From contig JALHTD010000463.1 in assembly GCA_022865555.1 (NCBI GenBank), forward strand, positions 1-29,567: a stretch of 29,567 nt of DNA, written 5' to 3'. Below are positions 24,316 to 29,567 of this stretch, piece by piece; the first letter of the stretch is position 1; every line of letters starts with the position of its first letter. The DNA comes from Thermoanaerobaculaceae bacterium. Its GTDB lineage: Bacteria > Acidobacteriota > Thermoanaerobaculia > Thermoanaerobaculales > Thermoanaerobaculaceae. Below the pieces are notes generated by a model that did not search any database, was not told the DNA's origin, and saw only the letters and a program-made list of their open reading frames with translations. The translations under genes were made by a program, and so were the position numbers.

Positions 24316-25493
24316 GTCCCCTTCTCCGCCCCGCCGACGCCGCTCTTGATCTCGACCCTGGCCCCCGGCACCAGCCGGATCTGCCCGTCGGTCACGACCG
24401 TCTCCCCGGCGCTCACCCCTGTGTCGATCACCGCCTCCGCCTCGTCCATGCGGTCAACCTTGACGGGGCGCAGCTCGACGGTCTGGTCGTCCTTGACGAC
24501 GAACACGTACTGTCCCTGCTGGCTGGTCTGCACGGCCGGCGCAGGGGCCACGATGCGGTCGGGCTCCTCGCCCAGCGTGACCACGATGTCGACGAACTGC
24601 CCGGGCCAGAGCCGGTCGTCCCGGTTGGCAAAGGTCGCCTTGAGGAGGATCGTGCTGGTGGCGGTGTCCACTACGTTGTCCACGAAGGTGAGGGTGCCTT
24701 CCTCCGCTGGGCCAGGATTCTGCGGGAGCGTTGCCATCACCGTGATCCGGTTCCCGTCATGCTTGGTGACCTGCGGAAGGAGCTGGGCCGGGACGGAGAA
24801 GGCGGCGAAGATCGGCCGGATCTGGTTGATCGTCACGAGGGGAGTGGCGTCGTCGGCCTTGACCAGGTTGCCCTCATCGATGTTCTGGTTTCCGGTGCGG
24901 CCCTCGACCGGGGCGGTGATCGTGCAGTACGCGAGCTGCAGCTTGGCGTTGTCGACGGTGGCCTGATCGGCCGCCACGCCGGCGCGGAGCGCGGCGGCGT
25001 TGGCGATGATCTGGTCGTACAGCTCCCTGGTCACGAAATCCTGCTTGACGAGGCCCTCGTACCGCTTGATGTCGGCCTCCGCCTTCGCGAGGAGTGCCAC
25101 GTCCCTGGTGAGCTGTGCCTCGGCCAGGCGAAGGGCTGCCTCGTACTGACGGGGGTCGATGGTGAAAAGCGTGGCCCCCTTCGCCACGTTCTGGCCCTCG
25201 GTGAACCAGGCCTTCTGCAGCTCCCCGCCGATGCGGGCCTTGATCGCCACGGTGGCAATGGCCTCGACGTGGCCGATGGCGCGGAACGTCACCGGAACGG
25301 TCTTCTGTACCACCTTGGCGACGGTCACCGGCACGGCGGGCTGCACCCTCCGCTGTTGGTCGCCGCCTCCGCACGCGGTGACGACGACAAGAGTTGCGAG
25401 CACGGCCGACTGCAGGCCGAGCGTTTTCGTGGCGGTCTTGACGGCTCTGGTCTTCATCAAAGCTTCTCTCCTGGGTGAGGGGAATGTTCTCAT
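24312..25493 (-). CDS. RND periplasmic adaptor (membrane fusion protein), MdtA-like
   Basis: ATGA overlaps at both ends; an alternative start at 25457 has AGGAG. Possible lipobox 'VTAC'. Motifs 'GQNVAKGATLFTIDPR', 'ITAPVEGRTG', 'LWPGQFV' and 'GETVVTDGQIRLVPG'. Confidence 0.93.
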   Translation of the reverse strand: MRTFPSPRREALMKTRAVKTATKTLGLQSAVLATLVVVTACGGGDQQRRVQPAVPVTVAKVVQKTVPVTFRAIGHVEAIATVAIKARIGGELQKAWFTEGQNVAKGATLFTIDPRQYEAALRLAEAQLTRDVALLAKAEADIKRYEGLVKQDFVTRELYDQIIANAAALRAGVAADQATVDNAKLQLAYCTITAPVEGRTGNQNIDEGNLVKADDATPLVTINQIRPIFAAFSVPAQLLPQVTKHDGNRITVMATLPQNPGPAEEGTLTFVDNVVDTATSTILLKATFANRDDRLWPGQFVDIVVTLGEEPDRIVAPAPAVQTSQQGQYVFVVKDDQTVELRPVKVDRMDEAEAVIDTGVSAGETVVTDGQIRLVPGARVEIKSGVGGAEKGT

Positions 25494-26974
25494 GGCTTGG
25501 CGCCCTCCTTGAGGACCGCGATCGGCTGGTCGAGGGGCGCAGCGGTGCCGGTGTCGTGGGCGAGCTGCGCGAGGGCGACGAACCACGCGGAGCGGGCCTG
25601 GATGTCCTGCGACCGCGCACCGGCAAGCGCCGACTGGGCGGTCAGAAGGTCGATGATCGTGCCCACACCCTCCTTGTAGCGTCCGAGCGCCACGCGCTCG
25701 GACTGCTCGGCGCTCGCGAGGAGGTCGCGACTGGTCCTGACGAGCTGCGTGGCGGTCTGGAAGAAGTAGTAGCTCGTCCAGACCTCGAGGATCACCTGCT
25801 GCTCGAGCGTATCGGCCTGGGCTCGCGCCACGCCGGCATCTTCCCTGGCCTTTCGAATGTCGTAGGTATTGGCAAAACCGGTGAAGAGCGGGAACGTCAG
25901 CAGCACCCTCGCCGACCAGAGGTCCTGGCGGTCGATGACCCGGGCGGGGCTGTAGTAGACGCGGTCGGCACCGGCCGACAGCGAGAGCGTCGGCAGGCCC
26001 TCGGAGCGCACCGCCCGAACGTGCGCGTCCGCCTTCTCGACCAGCGCCCGTGCGGTCGCAAGATCGGGCCGGCGTGCCCGAGCGGTGGCAATCAACTGCT
26101 CGACCGCGTCGGTTCCGCGCTCGAGCGGAACCTCGGCCGGGAGCACCCCGACCTCGTACGGGGTGTTGGCCGGGAAACCCATGGCGGTAGCAAGCGCACC
26201 GCGCAGGGCGAGCACCTGCCCCTCGAACGTCTGGAGGGAGAGCCGTGCCTGGGAGAACGCGGTCTTCGCCTGCAGCACGTCGGCGATGGTGCCCACGCCG
26301 GCGTCGTGGCGCTTGGTGGCGGCGTCCAGCGCTGCCTCGGTCGTCTTGACGTTGGCCTGCGCCGCCTCCATCTGCGCCTTCGCGTTGACGTACTGCACGT
26401 AGGTGGTCTCCACGCTGAGGATCACGTTCTGGATGGTCGCGTTGTGGCTCCAGTCGGCGGCGATGAGGCCGAAGCGGGCATCGTCGGCGTTGGCGGACCT
26501 CCCGCCCATGTCGAGCAGCAAGTAGTTGACTGCGACCGAGGGCCCGTAGATGTCCGCAACGGCATTGACGTTGGGATCCTGTGAGAGCTGGTTGGACCGA
26601 ACTCCGCTGACGGCAATGACCACGCTCGGGTAGTAGGGAGCACGCTTGCTTCCGAGTTCGGCCGCCGCCGAGCGGGCCGCCAGGTAGGAAACCCGTGTCA
26701 CGGGGTTGTTCTGCAGCGCGATGTCCACGACTTGGGCCAGCGTGATGGTGGCTCCCGGCTTGAGGAGATCCGGAGGAATCGCCGGCGCGGCGGCGCCCTG
26801 GGGTACCGGCGGGGCGGGGAGGTCGACGGGAAGGTTGGGGCGTTCGGGCACGGGCGGCGTTTTCCAGGCGGCCGAGGCGGCAGCGCCGAACGCCACCAAG
26901 GCGATACCGACGACGCATGGAGCCGCCCGTCGCAGCTTTCCTGGGCGGGAAGGTCTAGATCGATAGTCTGGCAT
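25490..26974 (-). CDS. TolC-family outer-membrane efflux protein
   Basis: RBS GAGGAG and a signal peptide. Motifs 'LAQVVDIALQNNP', 'ARARRPDL', 'TFPLFTGF' and 'RYKEGVGTIIDLLTAQ'. Confidence 0.93.
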   Translation of the reverse strand: MPDYRSRPSRPGKLRRAAPCVVGIALVAFGAAASAAWKTPPVPERPNLPVDLPAPPVPQGAAAPAIPPDLLKPGATITLAQVVDIALQNNPVTRVSYLAARSAAAELGSKRAPYYPSVVIAVSGVRSNQLSQDPNVNAVADIYGPSVAVNYLLLDMGGRSANADDARFGLIAADWSHNATIQNVILSVETTYVQYVNAKAQMEAAQANVKTTEAALDAATKRHDAGVGTIADVLQAKTAFSQARLSLQTFEGQVLALRGALATAMGFPANTPYEVGVLPAEVPLERGTDAVEQLIATARARRPDLATARALVEKADAHVRAVRSEGLPTLSLSAGADRVYYSPARVIDRQDLWSARVLLTFPLFTGFANTYDIRKAREDAGVARAQADTLEQQVILEVWTSYYFFQTATQLVRTSRDLLASAEQSERVALGRYKEGVGTIIDLLTAQSALAGARSQDIQARSAWFVALAQLAHDTGTAAPLDQPIAVLKEGAKP

Positions 26975-27051
26975 CGGTCTTTCTCCTCGTTGATGAGGGA
27001 CGATCTCCCGCCCCAGAGCAACGTCTACGCGAGCGGCACGGCACCGGTTTC

Positions 27052-27729
27052 TCATCTCGCTCCCCTCGCACAGGCGCGCACCCCTGCGGCGGAGAAGCGC
27101 ACGATCTGATCCACCATCTCCGGGAGCGGAGGCAGCTCGGCGCCCCAGCCGGCCGAGAGCTCGCCGCGGCGCAGCCGGTGAGCGACTTGGAGGAGTTGGC
27201 CCACGATCGAGATCACGCAGAGCCGAGCCGGCCCGGGAGGGAGCCCCGGGGTGGCGGCGATGATCGCCTCTGCAAGCACCTCGTTAACGGGCCCGACGAC
27301 CTCGGCGAGGAAGAGCTCGCGCGGCAGCTGCGGGTCGAGCATCTCGCGGGTGATCAGCTCGACGAGCAGCCGCCCGCTCCCCCTGTCCACGAGCGGCTGG
27401 AGAAACGCGGTCGCGAAGGCCTGGAGCACCGCCTCCAGCGTCCCACTCTCGCCGCGAGCCTGCCGGATGCTGGCGATCCGCTGCTCGCGCATCGCCGCCA
27501 TGCGCCGCCGGAACACCGCGTTGTAGAGGTTGTGCTTGCCCCCGAAGTGGTAGTTGACCGCAGCGATGTTGCTGCTCGCCGCGGCGGTAATGTCGCGCAC
27601 CGAGGTGGCGGCGAATCCCTGCTCGGCGAACAGGCGCTCCGCGGCGTCGAGCAGCCGCTCGCGTGTCTGGGCGCCCAACTCGGCCTGGGAGAGGTTGTGT
27701 TGGACGGTCGAGGCGGTCACGTCTGGCAT
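27052..27729 (-). CDS. TetR-family transcriptional regulator (CecR/CerR-like)
   Basis: HTH 'RERLLDAAERLFAEQGFAATSVRDITAAASSNIAAVNYHFGGKHNLY' and C-terminal 'SIVGQLL...IVRFSAAG'. Confidence 0.93.
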   Translation of the reverse strand: MPDVTASTVQHNLSQAELGAQTRERLLDAAERLFAEQGFAATSVRDITAAASSNIAAVNYHFGGKHNLYNAVFRRRMAAMREQRIASIRQARGESGTLEAVLQAFATAFLQPLVDRGSGRLLVELITREMLDPQLPRELFLAEVVGPVNEVLAEAIIAATPGLPPGPARLCVISIVGQLLQVAHRLRRGELSAGWGAELPPLPEMVDQIVRFSAAGVRACARGAR

Positions 27730-27743
27730 CCCCGCACCAAGCA

Positions 27744-27773
27744 ACCGTATCAAACGGCCGTATGAGATGTCAA
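27744..27773 (-). promoter_or_regulatory. Sigma-70-type promoter of the tetR-tolC-mfp-rnd operon
   Basis: On the minus strand: perfect TTGACA (27773-27768), an 18-nt spacer, and TG-A-TACGGT extended -10 (27749-27744). Confidence 0.65.
27750..27765. promoter_or_regulatory. Putative TetR operator 1 (TCAAACGGCCGTATGA)
   Basis: 14 of 16 positions are palindromic, and the site fills the spacer of the promoter above. Confidence 0.7.
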
Positions 27774-27838
27774 TCCACTGGTGGGTCGGGTCCAGGTTTC
27801 AATGCAAGTGACGAACAGCAGGGCAGATCTGTTCCATA

Positions 27839-27854
27839 TCAAACGAGCGTTTTA
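27839..27854. promoter_or_regulatory. Putative TetR operator 2 (TCAAACGAGCGTTTTA)
   Basis: Perfect AAACG-NN-CGTTT core. It shares TATCAAACG with operator 1, 89 bp away. Confidence 0.65.
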
Positions 27855-27876
27855 TACGTTGGAATGCCTGGTCTCG

Positions 27877-29181
27877 TCAGGCGATCTCGAGGCGGCGGAA
27901 GAGGAGCGAGGGGGTCGTGACCGCGCTCGCGAGGGAGAAGCTCTCCGCGTCGCCGCCGGTGGCGGCGAGGGCGCCAAGCAATCGGCGGAAAGAACCCCGC
28001 AGATCCACCAGGGGGTGGGCTGCAGCTGGCCTGCCGTGCTCCACCGCCACCGCCGCCGCCCGCAGCGCGAAGCGCCCACTGGCGTGGTCCACTCGGACTG
28101 CACCGGCGGGAAGGGCCAGGTAGAAGCCGCTCTCGAGGCGGGCGAGTAGCTCCGGCTGGCGCAGCGCCGTCCCGGAGAGCACGACCAGGTTCGCAGGGCC
28201 GGGCACCGGAGGGTGCCGGTACGAGGGGCGCACCGCGCCGCCGGGCTGCTCGCCGGTGCGCTGCGCGCGCTCCCAGGTGGCGAAGCTCTCGCGCAGGCGA
28301 CCGCCGGCGAGGAGCACGATCCGCCGCGTCGGGAGCCCCTCGCCGTCCCACGGGAGGGGCAGCAGTCCTGCAGGGCCGGGGCGCTCGTCCACCAGGTGCC
28401 AGGCCTTGGAGATGCGGGCGCGTTTGAGTTCACCGTCGTTCGTGGGGTAGCGCGCGAGGTGCTGGGCGAGCGCCACCACCAGCGGCGCGGCCACCGACGG
28501 CGCCAGCAGCACGTCGGCGAGCTGGCGGTCGGGGGCCTCGCCACGGGTGGCGAGGAGGCAGGCCTCGGCCGCACGGTGCGCCAGGACCTCCGGATCGAGC
28601 TCGGCAACCGTCGGGGCGGCAAAGTGCAGATGTCGCCACGGGCCGGCGGGCGGGGCGAGGAGCAGCTCGGCCACCGCGCAGCCGGCGGCGGCCCGCCCCA
28701 GGTACCCCTCCCCGGTCGCGATCGCTGCGCTGGAGGTTCCCGCGAGGATCCGAAGCTGCACCAGGGTCACCTCCGAGCTGGCGTCCTCGAGCGCGGAGGC
28801 CAGCGCCTGGGCAAGCGCATCCTGCTGACCGGGGTCGGCCGGAGCGTGAACCAGCGCGCTGCCGCTGGTGCCCAGCACCTCCCGCGGAGGAAGCGGGTCG
28901 GGCGACGGCAGCATGGCATCGAGGGCTGCCCTCGCGGCCTGGCGCCCCGCGCGTGCGCCGCCCCCCGCCGCGGCGGCAAACCCGGCGCGGCCGCCGCCGC
29001 TCACGCGGCACGCGACGCCCAGCTCGTGGCTCTCCCGGCGCTCGAGCGCGCCGTCCTGGTCGCGGACGAGGTGGACGCTCTCGCCGAGGCGGGCGAACAC
29101 CTCGAAGCGGACACCGCGGCTGGCGAGCTCCTCGGAGGCGGCCTGGAGCGCGGGGAGCAGCGGGTCGGCGTCGGCCCTCAT
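27877..29181 (-). CDS. TldD/PmbA-family protein (PmbA/TldE-like subunit)
   Basis: N-terminal 'EVFARLGES...GVACRV...RAGFA', 'DVLLAPSVAAPL', 'PWDGEG.PTRR..L...G.L' and C-terminal 'TPSLLFRRLEIA'. No HExxH seen. ATGA overlap with the upstream gene. Confidence 0.85.
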   Translation of the reverse strand: MRADADPLLPALQAASEELASRGVRFEVFARLGESVHLVRDQDGALERRESHELGVACRVSGGGRAGFAAAAGGGARAGRQAARAALDAMLPSPDPLPPREVLGTSGSALVHAPADPGQQDALAQALASALEDASSEVTLVQLRILAGTSSAAIATGEGYLGRAAAGCAVAELLLAPPAGPWRHLHFAAPTVAELDPEVLAHRAAEACLLATRGEAPDRQLADVLLAPSVAAPLVVALAQHLARYPTNDGELKRARISKAWHLVDERPGPAGLLPLPWDGEGLPTRRIVLLAGGRLRESFATWERAQRTGEQPGGAVRPSYRHPPVPGPANLVVLSGTALRQPELLARLESGFYLALPAGAVRVDHASGRFALRAAAVAVEHGRPAAAHPLVDLRGSFRRLLGALAATGGDAESFSLASAVTTPSLLFRRLEIA

Positions 29182-29567
29182 CGCACCTCCAGCCCGGAGA
29201 GCAGCAGCCAGGGAGCCACTGCACCTGTCGGCACGATCTCACCGTCCTTCGCGCACCAGCCGGGCTCGGCGACCGAAAGGGTGGGCTCGGCGGCCGCCAG
29301 CAGCCCGGCGCGCACGGCTGCGAGGGAGCCGACGAGCGTGAATGGCACAAGGGTGCGGTGACGCTCGCCGCGGCGCAGGGCAAACGCTTTACGAACCTGC
29401 AGGAGGATCGCACCCGAGGCCGGCTCCAGGGTGCCCGAGGCCAGGGACGTCACCTCGATGGCGGCCTCGTTGCGGGGCGGGTGCGGGAGGGGATCGGCGG
29501 CGCGCGCCACCAGGTTCGACATGCGCGGGCGGGGGCGGTTGTGCACGGTGGCCCGCCGGGCGTTGCC
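29178..29567 (-). CDS. TldD-like metalloprotease, C-terminal fragment (5'-truncated by the window edge)
   Basis: The frame is open to the window end. 'GNARR......PRPRMSNL' and 'GWCAKDGE.VP.G...P.L...L.V' match the TldD C-terminal pattern, including its Cys. Confidence 0.75.
   Translation of the reverse strand, partial: GNARRATVHNRPRPRMSNLVARAADPLPHPPRNEAAIEVTSLASGTLEPASGAILLQVRKAFALRRGERHRTLVPFTLVGSLAAVRAGLLAAAEPTLSVAEPGWCAKDGEIVPTGAVAPWLLLSGLEVR

Noticed and set aside
24312-26918. 868-aa ORF suggesting a TolC-MFP frameshift fusion (likewise the 38-3526 and 10940-13510 extensions)
   Set aside because: The upstream extension is low-complexity off-frame sequence. Clean ATGA or short overlaps define separate genes, and I saw no slippery site.
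27813-27834. GAACAG-N10-CTGTTC inverted repeat as a LexA box or terminator
   Set aside because: Orientation and spacing do not match CTGT-N8-ACAG or GAAC-N4-GTTC. The stem is only 6 bp with no U-tract.
38-29546. Many long overlapping or antisense ORFs in the six-frame track (e.g. 1132-3222, 12940-15363, 16525-18681, 22549-23880)
   Set aside because: They are Arg/Gly/Pro/Ala-rich translations with no family motifs. This is expected shadow of stop-poor, high-GC coding DNA.
1-29567. CRISPR arrays, IS elements, prophage genes, rRNA or tRNA
   Set aside because: I saw no regularly spaced repeats, transposase, integrase or phage motifs, or RNA-gene signatures. Nearly all sequence is accounted for by CDSs.

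Overview
This is a very GC-rich (roughly 70-75% by eye), gene-dense bacterial window with about 25 CDSs. Thermoanaerobaculia-like Acidobacteriota is my inferred source, based on gene style and a lineage-typical secreted protein; this is not proven. (1) 3-14778 is a surface-glycan/pilus locus: partial YfhO-family membrane protein, fused MFS/spermidine-synthase-like protein, three GT4 and two GT2 glycosyltransferases, a WecA/MraY-family transferase and an FAD enzyme. By remembered motifs the FAD enzyme resembles eukaryote-type UDP-galactopyranose mutase more than protoporphyrinogen oxidase. These genes run by overlapping start/stop codons into prepilin peptidase pilD, a sensor kinase and a sigma-54 response regulator. 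(2) 14775-21141 is a mixed block: selA, an MXAN_5187-C-like protein coupled to a secreted TPR protein, a divergent YchF paralogue, another secreted TPR protein, a tandem-domain secreted protein and endonuclease V. (3) 21205-27729 is a TetR/CecR-regulated tripartite RND efflux operon with two visible palindromic operators. (4) 27877-29567 is a TldD/PmbA pair. I saw no rRNA, tRNA, CRISPR array or mobile element. The best candidate for an undescribed system is a glycosylation pathway, possibly for pilins, that may add a furanose-containing and possibly methylated glycan and is co-transcribed with pilin processing and regulatory genes. All homology statements come from motif recognition by eye; no searches were run.
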